Assembly (NCBI GenBank): GCA_965223325.1
Contig: CBDCWI010000002.1
Location: 3,712,001 to 3,776,000, forward strand
Direction of reading: 5' to 3'
Source of the DNA: Candidatus Multivoradales bacterium
GTDB lineage: Bacteria > Acidobacteriota > Thermoanaerobaculia > Multivoradales > Multivoraceae
Length of the DNA: 64,000 nt
The notes below the pieces were generated by a model that was not told the DNA's origin, ran no database searches, and was given only the letters and a program-made list of their open reading frames with translations. Position numbers and translations under genes: made by a program. This document shows positions 40,873 through 51,800 of this stretch, piece by piece. Numbering within the stretch: position 1 is the first letter of the stretch; each line of letters begins with the position of its first letter.

Positions 40873-42051
40873 ATGCTTTCGAGATGGCGGCGGACTGCGA
40901 TCGCGGGGGCGACTTTTCTGGTCGCGGTAGTGTGTCTGGGGCAGGCGGAGGAACGGCCGCGCGCGCGCGACATCGGTCTTGTTGTTGGCACCTTCGAAAC
41001 CGGTGCCCTGAACGCGATCACTGACGTCACCGGCGTCAAGGTAGGCCATCACACGGTTCATCGTGGCGATGACGTTCGCACCGGCGTGACGGCAATCGTT
41101 CCGGCTCCTGGCAACCTCTACACCCACCCGGTTCCAGCCTGGATTCACGTTGGCAATGGCTACGGCAAGCTCATCGGTGAGACCCAGGTGCGTGAGTTTG
41201 GCGAGATCGAGACCCCGATTCTGCTCACCTGCACGCTTTGTGTATGGAGCGCCGCGAATGCCCTCAAGGAGTGGATGTACGAGCAGCCAGGTATGGGGGA
41301 ACACACCCTCAACCCGGTGGTCGGTGAAACCAACGATGCTCGAGTCAACAACATGTGGTCCGACCCGATCGGCCGCGCCGAGGTCTTTCTTGCACTGGCC
41401 GATGCCAGGAGCGGCCCGGTCGCCGAAGGCAGCGTGGGGGCTGGGGCCGGGACGCAGGCCTTCGCGTGGAAGGGCGGCATCGGCACCAGTTCCCGCGTCC
41501 TGCCCCAGGAGCTTGGCGGCTACACCCTGGGCGTTCTGGTGCAAACGAACTTCGGCGGCACCCTTTCGGTGAACGGGGCGCCGGTCGGTCGCGAGCTCGG
41601 CCGCTACGCCTACCAGCGGCAGCTCGAGGGTCAATCGGCCGACGACGCCGAGGACGGTTCGATCATGATGGTGGTGGCCACCGATGCCCCACTGAACGCT
41701 CGCAGTCTCGACCGCCTCGCTCAGCGAGCCATGCTCGGGCTCGCGCGAACCGGCTCGTTCGCCCACAACGGATCCGGCGACTACGTCATTGCCTTTTCGA
41801 CCCATCCCCGCGTTCGCCGTCCGCGCCAGAGCCGCGGGCCATTTGAAACCGAAATGCTGACCAACGAGGCCATGTCGCCGCTGTTCGCGGCCGCTGTCGA
41901 GGTCACCGAGGAGGCGATCTACAACGCCATTCTGAAAGCCACCACGGTGACCAGCTCACGGGGAACTCTCGAAGCGATTCCACTCGACCCGCTCATCGAG
42001 GTCCTCGAGAAATACAGGGTGCTCGGTTGGGACAAGAGCCTCCGGCCCTAG
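40873..42051 (+). CDS. P1/DmpA family aminopeptidase (peptidase S58), exported
   Basis: RPRARD.G...G.LNAITDV.GV.VGH, RTGVTAI, NGYGK, PVVGETND, GAGAGT, KGGIGTSSR, autocleavage DG|SIMMVVATDAP, NGSGD. ATG 40873 after GGAGG. Confidence 0.92.
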   Translation: MLSRWRRTAIAGATFLVAVVCLGQAEERPRARDIGLVVGTFETGALNAITDVTGVKVGHHTVHRGDDVRTGVTAIVPAPGNLYTHPVPAWIHVGNGYGKLIGETQVREFGEIETPILLTCTLCVWSAANALKEWMYEQPGMGEHTLNPVVGETNDARVNNMWSDPIGRAEVFLALADARSGPVAEGSVGAGAGTQAFAWKGGIGTSSRVLPQELGGYTLGVLVQTNFGGTLSVNGAPVGRELGRYAYQRQLEGQSADDAEDGSIMMVVATDAPLNARSLDRLAQRAMLGLARTGSFAHNGSGDYVIAFSTHPRVRRPRQSRGPFETEMLTNEAMSPLFAAAVEVTEEAIYNAILKATTVTSSRGTLEAIPLDPLIEVLEKYRVLGWDKSLRP

Positions 42052-42168
42052 CGGCGCATCACGGAGGCGGCGTTCGAGCGCCCAGGAACTCGCTTTTCTA
42101 GCCCCTCCGAGGAGCGGGATTCTCCCGCCCATTCGACGGGCAATCCGGGAACTGCCGCACTCCCACCC

Positions 42169-42196
42169 CCAGTGAACAATCTTTCACTGGTAAAAT
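42169..42196 (+). promoter_or_regulatory. palindromic putative operator abutting a -10-like element upstream of the S8 peptidase
   Basis: CCAGTGAA-caatct-TTCACTGG perfect 8-bp inverted repeat immediately followed by TAAAAT. Confidence 0.4.
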
Positions 42197-42267
42197 GGCG
42201 GTCTTCCCCGTTCCTGCTTTTGTCGGTTCGCTGAGGACCGCTGCCATTCCTCTTGCCCGGAGTTCTC

Positions 42268-45200
42268 ATGCGCGCTGCCTCTGTGTTCGCTTTCGCCCTC
42301 GTTTGCCTACTGAGAAGACACCCGAGACGCCGCGTCTGCTTGGCGCCAGTCCTCGTTCTAGCTCTCGCCACTGTCTTGGCCGGCCCCCTTCTGGCCCAGC
42401 AAGGCACGACGAAGGTCTTGGCGCCCGCCGGCTCGTTGGACGGCCAGGCCGGAGCCCTGCGCCTGGCGACCTATGGCTCGCGGGCTCTCTACCTGCTCGA
42501 CCAGGCGGCGCTGGGTCGCGCAGCAGGCGTCGAAGGAGTTCGGGTGCTTCCCGATGCCGACCGTTTGTTGATCGAGGCGGCACCGTTCGATACCCAGCGT
42601 GAGCGGCCCCAAGTGCCGGCGGGTCTACGGGCTCTCGACTTCGAAGGTCCTGCTCTTCATGTCGTGCAGTTCGTTGGACCTGTGCAACAGGCGTGGCTCG
42701 ACGACCTGCGCTCAGAGGGAATCCAGCCCATCCATGCCGTGGCACGGCATGGCTACCTCGTCCTTGCCGACGGGGCGGCACGACGCGCCCTGCAGTTGCG
42801 CGCTTCAGGAAGGGGAGCAAGCGGCGATCCGCTTCAGTACGTGGGTGCTTGGGAGCCGTTCTGGAAACTCGGCGCGTCCTTGCGTGCTCGTAGCCGTGGC
42901 AAGGGCTCGTCTTCATCGGGCACGATTCTGGTGACCGTTCAGATGGTGCGGCATGCGGGCCGCGCGGCCTCAGAGAACCGCATCAGCGCCCTGGCGACTC
43001 GGGTCGTCAGTACCTGGCAGCCGATCCTCGCCTTCCAGAACGCGCTTGTTGAGATCGACGCGGCAATCGCGGTCGAGATCGCCCGCCTGCCAGACGTGAC
43101 CTACGTCGGCGAGCGCGGCGAACGCACCATGGACGACGAGCTGCAGGGGCAGATCATGGCCGGACAACTGACTGCCGACGGAGCGCAGCCGACCGGGCCG
43201 GGTTACGCGGCGTACCTGACGAGTCTGGGCATGAGCACCGATCCGCTCGCCTATCCGCTGGTCGATATCACCGATGACGGGATTGGAACCGGTGATGTCG
43301 ACTCGGGCGATCCGACGCTCTATGAGTTCGGCGATGCGTCGAACCCCTCGCGGCTTTCCTATGTGCAGAACTGTACGGGCGCTGCCAACGGTGGCAGCCT
43401 CGGTGGCCACGGTCATATCAACACCAGCATCGTCGGCAGCTTCGATGATCGCCTCGGCTTCCCCTACCAGGATCTCGACGGGTACCAGCGCGGCCTCGGG
43501 ATCAGCCCGTTCGGTCGCGTCTCTGGAACCCGGGTGTTCGGGCCGTCGTTTGACCTGACGGGCTGTGGCGGCACCGATGTCGGCTTGATTCGCGCCATCC
43601 AGGACGCTGGCGCAGACATCAGCACCAACTCTTGGGGCTGCTCGGGTTGCGCCGGCAGCTACGACGAGAGTTCACAGGCCTGGGATGTTGGTACCCGCGA
43701 CGCCGACCTCACCGAGGCCGGCAACCAGGAGCTCACCTTCATCTTCTCGGCTGGCAACTCGGGGCCGGTCGCCGCGACCATTGGTTCGCCGGGCAACGCC
43801 AAGAATGTGATTACGGTTGGCGCTTCGGAGAGCTATCGTCCGGCAGACGACGACGGGCCGTGGACAGACGGCTGCAACATCGGGCCTGGCGGCGCGGACT
43901 CGGCGATGGACGTGATCGGCTTCTCGAGTCGTGGTCCCGCACCGGGTAACCGCACCAAGCCCGAGGTCATCGCGCCCGGGACCCACATCCAGGGAACCGC
44001 CAGCACCAACTCCGGGTTCAATGGCAACGGAGTCTGCGACCAGTATCGCCCTGGCGACCAGACGGTTTTCGCGGCCTCCTCGGGCACCAGCCACTCCGCC
44101 CCTGCGATCGCCGGCCTCACGTCCCTGGTTCATCACTGGGTCGACAGTCGCCTCGAGCGCTTGGGCGACTCGACTCACGCGTTGAGCCCAGCGCTTATGA
44201 AGGCGTACCTGATGGCACACCCTGCCTACCTGACAGGCGTGGACGCGGGCGATGACCTGCCGAGCAACAACCAGGGCTATGGCATGCCAACCCACCAGCT
44301 CCTGTTCGACGACGCCGCGCGCGTGCTGCTCGACCAGACGGTCGTGTTCGACGCGGTCGGCGAGGAATGGACCTGGCAAGGCTCAGCCGCCGACCCGGCA
44401 CGGCCGGTGCGCATCGTCATGGTGTATACCGACCAGGCCGGTGCGATCGGGACCAGCCCTCAGGTCAATGATCTCGATCTCGAGGTGCGAGCAGACAACG
44501 TGATCTACCGCGGCAACAACATGAGTGGCGCTGTGAGCGTTCGAGGTGGAGTGTTTGACGCAACCAATAACTACGAGGCCGTGTTCCTGGCTAGCGGTGT
44601 CGGAGCGATCGAAATCACCGTTGGAGCGGTCGACATCGCGGGCGATGGCGTTCCCAACACCGGCGACGAAACCGATCAGGACTTCGCCCTGGTTTGCTAC
44701 AACTGCGCCGCGGAACCGACCTTTGCGCTCGAGGTCACACCGCGCGAACTGGCGATCTGTGCACCCGAAGACGCGTCGTTCAACGTTCAGGTCGCTTCGA
44801 TCCTCGGCTTTTCCGACGCCGTCGACCTCGACTCGAGCGGTGTGCCCGCTGGCGTGTCGGCTGTGTTCTCGAGCTCGTCGGTGATTCCGGGTGATTCGGC
44901 GACCCTCACCTTGAGCGGGACGGGCGCGGCCGAGTCGGGACGCTATGACCTCGTGGTCACCGGAACCTCCGGTTCGCAGAGTCGCACTGCACACGTCGCC
45001 CTCGATCTCTTCGATACGAGTCCGGGTAGCGTCGTGCTCGAAGCCCCTCTAGACGATGCAGCTCTGGTCGACTCGCCGGTGACCTTCAGTTGGAGCGCAC
45101 CTCCTGGCGGTGGTACGGCAACCCTCGAGGTAGCGACCGACTCGTCGTTCCAGGATCTGGTCGCTGAAGTAACGGAGATCACCGGAAGCACCTACACGGC

Positions 45201-45960
45201 AGCCAGCCTCGAGAGCGGCACTCGCTACTACTGGCGTGTCAGGCACCGCAACGCCTGTGGCACCGCCGACTGGTCGGAGACCCGCACGTTCGAGACCACG
45301 CCGCTCCCGGGTGATTGCCCCGCGGGCAGTGAGAAGACCACGTTCTTCCTCGACGACTTCGAGACTGACGTTTCAGGTTGGGAGACCGACGGTCCAGGCG
45401 CGACCTGGTCGGTCGAGCCGGGACGCGCCCACAGCGGCAGCAGAGCTTTTCACGCCGCCAACGTTTCAACGGTCTCCGATCAGCGCCTGGTGACACCGGC
45501 GGTGACCCTGCCGACCGGAATGACATCGCTGTCCTTTGTCTTCTGGCAGTACCAGGCAATGGAGAGCGCCGGCAGCCAGTCGTGCTTCGATGGTGGCGTT
45601 GTCGAGGTCTCGACCGATGGTGGCGACTCCTGGTCGGCAGTCGACAACGAGATCATTCTGACCCAGGCCTATGACGGACCGCTGGCGGGTTCGCACGGCA
45701 ATCCACTCGGGGGCCGCGATGCCTGGTGCGGAGATCCGCGTGACTGGATGCGTTCGGTGATCGCGCTCGACGAGTTTGCGGGGTCTTCGGTTCAGCTGCG
45801 ATTCCGGCTCGCAACCGACGCGTCGATCGGTCGCGAGGGTTGGTTTGTCGATGATGTCGAGGTGCGCGGTTGCCGGGTCACCGACCCCCATATCGAGTCC
45901 CTGTTCGAGGACGACTTCGAAAGTGGCAACGCTTCGTCCTGGTCTTCCGAGACTCCCTGA
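42268..45960 (+). CDS. secreted S8 (subtilisin-like) serine peptidase with C-terminal Ig/FN3-like and immune-inhibitor-A-like domains
   Basis: Catalytic motifs ITDDGI (D), GHGHIN (H), FSAGNSG (oxyanion N), SGTSHSAP (S). YYWRV FN3-like segment, DGGVVEVSTDGG...FRLATD...GWFVDDV, terminal LFEDDFESG. Start uncertain by a few codons. Confidence 0.9.
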   Translation: MRAASVFAFALVCLLRRHPRRRVCLAPVLVLALATVLAGPLLAQQGTTKVLAPAGSLDGQAGALRLATYGSRALYLLDQAALGRAAGVEGVRVLPDADRLLIEAAPFDTQRERPQVPAGLRALDFEGPALHVVQFVGPVQQAWLDDLRSEGIQPIHAVARHGYLVLADGAARRALQLRASGRGASGDPLQYVGAWEPFWKLGASLRARSRGKGSSSSGTILVTVQMVRHAGRAASENRISALATRVVSTWQPILAFQNALVEIDAAIAVEIARLPDVTYVGERGERTMDDELQGQIMAGQLTADGAQPTGPGYAAYLTSLGMSTDPLAYPLVDITDDGIGTGDVDSGDPTLYEFGDASNPSRLSYVQNCTGAANGGSLGGHGHINTSIVGSFDDRLGFPYQDLDGYQRGLGISPFGRVSGTRVFGPSFDLTGCGGTDVGLIRAIQDAGADISTNSWGCSGCAGSYDESSQAWDVGTRDADLTEAGNQELTFIFSAGNSGPVAATIGSPGNAKNVITVGASESYRPADDDGPWTDGCNIGPGGADSAMDVIGFSSRGPAPGNRTKPEVIAPGTHIQGTASTNSGFNGNGVCDQYRPGDQTVFAASSGTSHSAPAIAGLTSLVHHWVDSRLERLGDSTHALSPALMKAYLMAHPAYLTGVDAGDDLPSNNQGYGMPTHQLLFDDAARVLLDQTVVFDAVGEEWTWQGSAADPARPVRIVMVYTDQAGAIGTSPQVNDLDLEVRADNVIYRGNNMSGAVSVRGGVFDATNNYEAVFLASGVGAIEITVGAVDIAGDGVPNTGDETDQDFALVCYNCAAEPTFALEVTPRELAICAPEDASFNVQVASILGFSDAVDLDSSGVPAGVSAVFSSSSVIPGDSATLTLSGTGAAESGRYDLVVTGTSGSQSRTAHVALDLFDTSPGSVVLEAPLDDAALVDSPVTFSWSAPPGGGTATLEVATDSSFQDLVAEVTEITGSTYTAASLESGTRYYWRVRHRNACGTADWSETRTFETTPLPGDCPAGSEKTTFFLDDFETDVSGWETDGPGATWSVEPGRAHSGSRAFHAANVSTVSDQRLVTPAVTLPTGMTSLSFVFWQYQAMESAGSQSCFDGGVVEVSTDGGDSWSAVDNEIILTQAYDGPLAGSHGNPLGGRDAWCGDPRDWMRSVIALDEFAGSSVQLRFRLATDASIGREGWFVDDVEVRGCRVTDPHIESLFEDDFESGNASSWSSETP

Positions 45961-46001
45961 GCGCGCGGCAGTCGCTCCCGCTCCTTCTGCTGGAGTGGGG
46001 G

Positions 46002-47543
46002 CTACTGGAGTCGAGCGTTCCTCTCGCCATCGATGACGACGGGCCATCCGCAGGCGTCCTGTTCGCATAGTGCGCTCAGGGTGTCTCGGTCTTCGATGTT
46101 CGCCCAGGTACGTGAACCGTCAGGCAGGCGACAGGCGAGATGGGCGACCGTTGGCTCGTTGCCGACCTCGGCGGCTTTGCCGTAGAGATCGGTGTAGGAC
46201 TTCGTGGGCTTCGGCGGGTTGTGGCCGAACATGACGGTATACGCCTCGATCTCGGCCGTGGCGCGGTGTGACGCCTCGACCCTACGTTTCGGCAGGGCGT
46301 CGACCTCCCGCTGCAGGTTCTGTTGGCGAAACGGGTGCGAGGGTTGTCGACGCGTGTAGACGCCAAACGCGTGCTTGGTGAGCATGCCGCCATTGGCGGT
46401 GACCAGGGCACGGCCGTCGGAGGTTTCGCGCAAGAGCTCGACCGTTCGTGCGATCGAGTGCATGACGTAGTTGTTGAGCGGGCCGCCGCCAAACGTGAGC
46501 CCCCCGGTGACCGTCAGCGGCCGATCGAGGGCGAGACCGAGCTCGGCAGCCGCGACCTGAACCGCACTCGGGAAGCAGCTGTACAGGTCGATGAAGTCGA
46601 GCTCGCTGGCCTCGACCTCGGCGAGCTCGAGCACGCGCTGACCGGCGAGGCGGATGGCTGGTGAACGGTGAAGGTCGTTGCGCTCGGAGACGTAGTAGTG
46701 GTCGTAGGCGTCGGTACCGCTGGCCGGAAAGACGATGCGCTCCTCTGGTACGCCCAGCCTTCGTGCCGTCTCGAGCGAGCACATGATGAGGGCGGCGCCC
46801 ATGTCGACGCGCATGTTGGCCATCATCAACTTGGGGTAAGGGTAGGAGATCAAACGGTTCGAGGCAGCAGGCGTAGCGATTTCTTCCGCTGTGACGGGTC
46901 GTCGGATCCAGGCGTTGGGGTTCTTTTGAGCAACCTCGCTGAAGCTCGCCCACAAGCGGGCGACGCGCTCGCGGTGCTCACGCGGGGTCTCGCCGCGTTG
47001 GTGGCGTAGTGCGGTTTCGAACATCGCGTAGTACTGCGCCGGGCGTGCGATCCCGCAAGCCATTTCCTCCTCGTGACGAGTCCACTTCTGGTCGCCGTAG
47101 GTGACATCGGCATCCGGCAGGAAGTCGTTGCCCTTGCGTTCGAGCCAGTCAACGTCGAGACCGGCTTTCTGGGCACGTCCCAGGGTGCGCCCACACTCGG
47201 CTCCGGTGATCACGATCACATCGCGGTCACCGCTTTGGATTTCAGCTGCGCTCTGGTTGACGATCCACTGCACGTGGTTGCCGCCCAGCACCGAGAGGCC
47301 AGTTTCGACGTTGGTGAGACCGAGCTTCTCGGCGATCTCGAGGGCGGGGTTCGCATACCCCCAGATGCCCTGGATGACTCGCACCGAAGAAGCGTGCCTG
47401 ATGAGATCGGGCGCGTCGCTATCGATCGACGCCCGCTCGATCGCATCGATCATCAGCTCGAGCGGCGGCCTGGCGGCTCGCGGGTCGTCTTCGTGCTGGA
47501 GAACTTGCGAGACGCCAACAAGAACAGGCGTGGCTTGGTTCAT
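46002..47543 (-). CDS. thiolase-like protein (acetyl-CoA acetyltransferase superfamily, TLP1-like)
   Basis: PVLVGV.Q, GGN..Q, GAE, YPYPKLM.AN..VDMGAA, DLYSCFPSAVQ, LTVTGGL.FGGGPLNNY..H, TANGG.LTKH. Start moved to ATG 47543, 13 nt after the upstream stop. Confidence 0.88.
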   Translation of the reverse strand: MNQATPVLVGVSQVLQHEDDPRAARPPLELMIDAIERASIDSDAPDLIRHASSVRVIQGIWGYANPALEIAEKLGLTNVETGLSVLGGNHVQWIVNQSAAEIQSGDRDVIVITGAECGRTLGRAQKAGLDVDWLERKGNDFLPDADVTYGDQKWTRHEEEMACGIARPAQYYAMFETALRHQRGETPREHRERVARLWASFSEVAQKNPNAWIRRPVTAEEIATPAASNRLISYPYPKLMMANMRVDMGAALIMCSLETARRLGVPEERIVFPASGTDAYDHYYVSERNDLHRSPAIRLAGQRVLELAEVEASELDFIDLYSCFPSAVQVAAAELGLALDRPLTVTGGLTFGGGPLNNYVMHSIARTVELLRETSDGRALVTANGGMLTKHAFGVYTRRQPSHPFRQQNLQREVDALPKRRVEASHRATAEIEAYTVMFGHNPPKPTKSYTDLYGKAAEVGNEPTVAHLACRLPDGSRTWANIEDRDTLSALCEQDACGWPVVIDGERNARLQ

Positions 47544-47556
47544 CGGCGGCTGGTCC

Positions 47557-48585
47557 TCAGTCGGCGAGGCGATAGATGCGGCGAGCGTTGCGGTAGAACA
47601 TCGCGTCGCGCTCGTCAGCCGAGTACTGTGCGGCGATCTTCTTGAGGCCGTTCCACAGCACCCGGTAGGACAGCGACCAGCGATCGACCGGGAAGTTGCT
47701 CTCGAACATGCACCGACGCGGACCGAAACACTCGATAGTGTGGTGGTAGTAGCGCGCCTGTGCGGCAACGAACTCATCAGACGTTGGCGGTCGCTTCTGG
47801 GTGTGCCAGCCGAAGCCGTTGTCGGGCATGGCCAGCCCACCGAGCTTGGCGACGACGTTGGGACAAGCGGCGATGCTTTCGATGTCCTTGGTCCAGGTCT
47901 TGAAGATCTGTTCGCGCAGCCCGGCGTAGGGCCCCACCCCGAGCGGAGTGCCGAAGTGGTCGAGGACCATGATGGTGTCGGGCACCGCCTCGGCGAGGCC
48001 ACGAAAAGCCGCGTTCTGATGGTGGTAGTGCCAGGTGTCGTAGGTGTAGCCGAGCTCACCGAGCTTCCGGACCCCGGTGCGAAATGCCGGATCTTCGTAG
48101 AGGCCCAGAGGAGCCCGCCCCGGGATCGTCAGCGCTTCGGGATGAGGGTCGCGCGCGCCTGAGTGCCGAATGCCTCGGAAGAGCCCATCACCGGCTTCTT
48201 CATGCGCAGCGAGGATGCGCTCGAGCTGAGGGTGCCTCAAGTCGGCACGAGAGACACAGCCGGCGATCACCGCTTGTGTACTCGCGCCCTTTCGACTGGC
48301 TGCGGCTTGTAGGGCTACAAAGGCGGTTTCGCCCACCGAGCGCAGTTCTTCGGGACCATCGGTGTGGTAGGCCTCGCCGCACTCGAGAAACACCGTCTTC
48401 GAGACCTTGTGGCCGGCGCCGGTGTCTCGCCAGAGCTCAGGGAGCAGGTAGCGGCTTCCGCGACGGTCTGCCCACAGGTGATGGTGCGGATCGATGATGC
48501 GCTGTTCTGGATCGATGACGTCTTCGTCGACGAGCGCCAGCCACTTCTCACGGTCGCTGAGTGGAGCGTGTCGTTCATGCGTCAC
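47557..48585 (-). CDS. amidohydrolase family protein (lactonase-like, Amidohydro_2)
   Basis: IIDPHHHLW, GIRH, LDHFG, KLGGL, CMFESNFPVD, FYRNARRIYRL. Confidence 0.88.
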   Translation of the reverse strand: MTHERHAPLSDREKWLALVDEDVIDPEQRIIDPHHHLWADRRGSRYLLPELWRDTGAGHKVSKTVFLECGEAYHTDGPEELRSVGETAFVALQAAASRKGASTQAVIAGCVSRADLRHPQLERILAAHEEAGDGLFRGIRHSGARDPHPEALTIPGRAPLGLYEDPAFRTGVRKLGELGYTYDTWHYHHQNAAFRGLAEAVPDTIMVLDHFGTPLGVGPYAGLREQIFKTWTKDIESIAACPNVVAKLGGLAMPDNGFGWHTQKRPPTSDEFVAAQARYYHHTIECFGPRRCMFESNFPVDRWSLSYRVLWNGLKKIAAQYSADERDAMFYRNARRIYRLAD

Positions 48586-48828
48586 GGCACGTTCTCCGGG
48601 GTGTGAGCGTCATATGAGCGCAAGCGAAAAATTGGGAATTCTCGGGTGGTTGGTGATTCGCGCGATGAAAGCTAGAGTGTCGGCAACATCCAACACAGTG
48701 TCTTGAGATCGTAGCGTGAACAACCAGCGCTAGAGATCCCGAAGGCACCGTCATGACCGAAGCGCCCCTCGTCGGGGGCGGTTGGTCCCGTTTTCGTAGC
48801 GAGTCCTTCACTTCCCGGGAGTTCCAAC

Positions 48829-51800
48829 ATGAAGAAGACCCTCCTACTGATCGCGATCGCGCTCCTTCTGAGCCCGAACGTGCTGCTCGCCGACGGTCCC
48901 GAGACGGGCGTCGTCAGTGGCACCGTTACCGACCCGAGTGGCGCTCCGCTGCCGGGCGTGACGGTGACCCTCACTGGTGACCGCGGAGAGAAGAGCGCAA
49001 TCACCGAGAACGACGGTGCATATGTTTTCGCGCTGGTGACGCCGGGAGACTACGTCGTGCGTGCCGTGCTCGAAGGCATGGGCGAAGCACAGTCTGCGGC
49101 GCTTGTCACCGCCGGCGCGCGCGCGTCCATCGATCTCAAGCTCGCGCCGTCGACTTCAGAGGAGATCACGGTCACCTCCGAGGCGCCGATGGTCGACAAG
49201 TTCAACACCGCCGCCGGCCAGACGATGCAGTCCGAGGTCGGGACCGAGGTCACCGGTGAGAACCGCACGTACTACGGGGTGATCAACTTCATGCCGGGTG
49301 TGACCAACGACGACGAGAACGCCGATCTTTCGAGCAGCCGTCCGAACATCAACGGTTCGACCTGGGCCGACTCAACGGTCTATATCGATGGCGTCGACAC
49401 GACGTTTGCACGCTACGGCGGTTCGCGCGTCTTCCTGCCGTCGTCGGCGACCACCGCGGTCAGCCTCGAATCGGGTGGTCTTTCGGCTGAGTACGGCCGC
49501 ACGATCGGCTCGGCGACCAACGTCATCGTCAAGTCGGGTACCAACACCTTCCACGCCGAGGCGGTCTATGGTCGGACGGACGAGGAATGGAACTCAGAGT
49601 TCGATAGCCATCCCGAGCTCGAGCAGCGCCAGAGCGATACGCGCCCGGCTGATTTCTTCAAGCGCACCGAGCAGGAGAAGGCTTCTAACGACAACCAATA
49701 CGAGATTGCTCTCGGTGGTCCGCTCAAGCGCGACAAGGCGTGGTTCTTCATCTCTGCCAACGAGTTGAACTCGAACCGCACCGGCAAGACGATCAACGGC
49801 GATGCGGTCGACGAAAGCGGCATCACCGAGTCGCGGATCATCAAACTGAACTTCCAGCCGACCCAGCGACAGTCCTTCTCGCTCAGCTGGATCGATACTC
49901 CGGTGTTCCGGAACTTCCGCCTCGAACCAGTTTACGACCGCTATGCGATGACGCCGCATGACATTTCAGGCGAGCTCTTCTCTCTGAGTTACAACAACTC
50001 GCTGTCGAGCAAGGTTTTCCTCGAGCTCAAGCTCGCCGACCAGACGTCGAACGAGAACAAGCTCCTCGCCTTTGGCGGACTCGACATTGCTGCCGCGACC
50101 GCGGTCAAGCAGCAGGATCCGCGTTTCCCGGCGAACCCCGCCGGCGGGCCCGCCTGGCCAGGCAACAACTTCAGCCCCTACCTCGACGGTGACGGTTGGC
50201 ATAACGGTTGGTTGCTCGATAACGGTTATGGCCTCAACGAGTTTCCGCGCGAGCAACTGAACCTGGCGTTCACTCAGTTCGCCGGCCAGAACCACGAGCT
50301 GAAGTATGGCCTCGATGCGCAACAGGTCGAGTGGCTGGGCGACGTCCGGCGAGAGAACCTCTACAGTGGTCAAGGTGACAACCAGTTCGAAGCGTTGAGT
50401 CCTTCAGGGTTCCGCAACGACTTCTCCCTCAACCCGTGGGGAGTCGCCTGCGACTTCACAACCGGCGACAGCTGCATCATTCAGGACTACAACCACCCGG
50501 CCCTGCTGGCTGATCTGGGCTCGAACGACACCAAGAGCCAGAACGTGGCGCTCTACCTCCGCGATCGCTTCACCGTCGGTGACAAGTGGGTGTTCAACTT
50601 CGGTGCCCGGGTCGAGAACCAGGTGCACGAGAACGACATCGGTCGTGAAGTCATGGACTCGACCGACATTTCGCCACGCCTGAGCTTGAGCTACGACCTG
50701 AGCGGCGACGGCAGCAAGCTGATCTCGTTCTTCGCTGGCCGGTCCTACAACCAGCTTCCGCAGCAGGCGATCAACGAGTACCTGCAGGATCAGTTCAACG
50801 GCTACAACGGCTACGAGCGGAGGCTCTTCCTCGACTGTGCGTTCATCAACTGCGGTTTTGGCACGGGTGCCTTCCCGGCTCCGCTTGGCTACAGCGTTCC
50901 GGGCTCGAGCCTCGGCTTCATTCGCCCGGGCGGGCAGTGGGACCTGGTCGATGCCGGGGTATTCCAGTCCGACATCGAGCCGTACCACAAGGACGAAGCG
51001 ATTCTGGGCTACGAGTGGCAGTTCTCTCGCAACTGGGCGTTCGACGCCAAGGGGATCTACTGGAAGGTCGATAATCTGATTGGCTCGACGTGGCAGCTGG
51101 CGGAGTTGAACGGCCGGTTGGAGATTTTCCGGCTGACCGCGAACCACGGTGACTATCCGTCGATCCTGAACGCGGTGCGCGAAGCCGCTTCACCTTCGGT
51201 TCAGCCTCGTCTGGCCCAGGCCGATACGCTGGCGCAATATCGCGAGCCAGATCGCGACTACAAGGCTCTGCAGCTGCAGATCAACCGCCGCTTCTCGAAC
51301 GGGTGGGGATTGTTCAACAACGTGACTTGGAGCCGCGCCGGCGGTTCGTCGCACGGTGATGTGTTCAACAACACCAACGACACCTACGGCGAACAGCTCG
51401 AGCAGGTCATGACCCAAGTCGATATCGACAACTGCCAGGCACGTCAGGCCGCACGCAACTTCCCCGTCGACTGCCAGGCGGCCTGGGGTCCCTTCCTTGG
51501 TCAACCGCTGTCGATCATCAACCGCGATGGCCGCGCGTCGTTTGACCGCGAGATCATCGCTAAATCGAGTGGTTGGAAGGTCTTCGACTTGAGTGCCCGG
51601 CAGACGCTCACGATCGGTGGGCATTTCACATACCAGTCAGGCAAGCCCTGGAACCGCTCCGAAGGCGCTGGGGGCAGCAACATCACGATTGGTGACGGAA
51701 TCCCACAAAGCACCGGAGTTTCGGTTGCGCTCGAGGATCGCGGCGCGCGCCAGATCGGTTCGCACTGGTGGGTCAACGCCTCAGCGGCCTACGGTTTCCC

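Noticed and set aside
47544-48059. N-terminal 172-aa extension of the thiolase-like ORF, suggesting a fusion
   Set aside because: It overlaps the amidohydrolase gene in another frame; the real start is ATG 47543.
48586-48828. Possible cobalamin or other riboswitch upstream of the TonB-dependent receptor
   Set aside because: Only a short hairpin (CGCCCCT-cgtc-GGGGGCG) is visible and no B12-box or other consensus was recognised. An Rfam/Infernal scan would be decisive.
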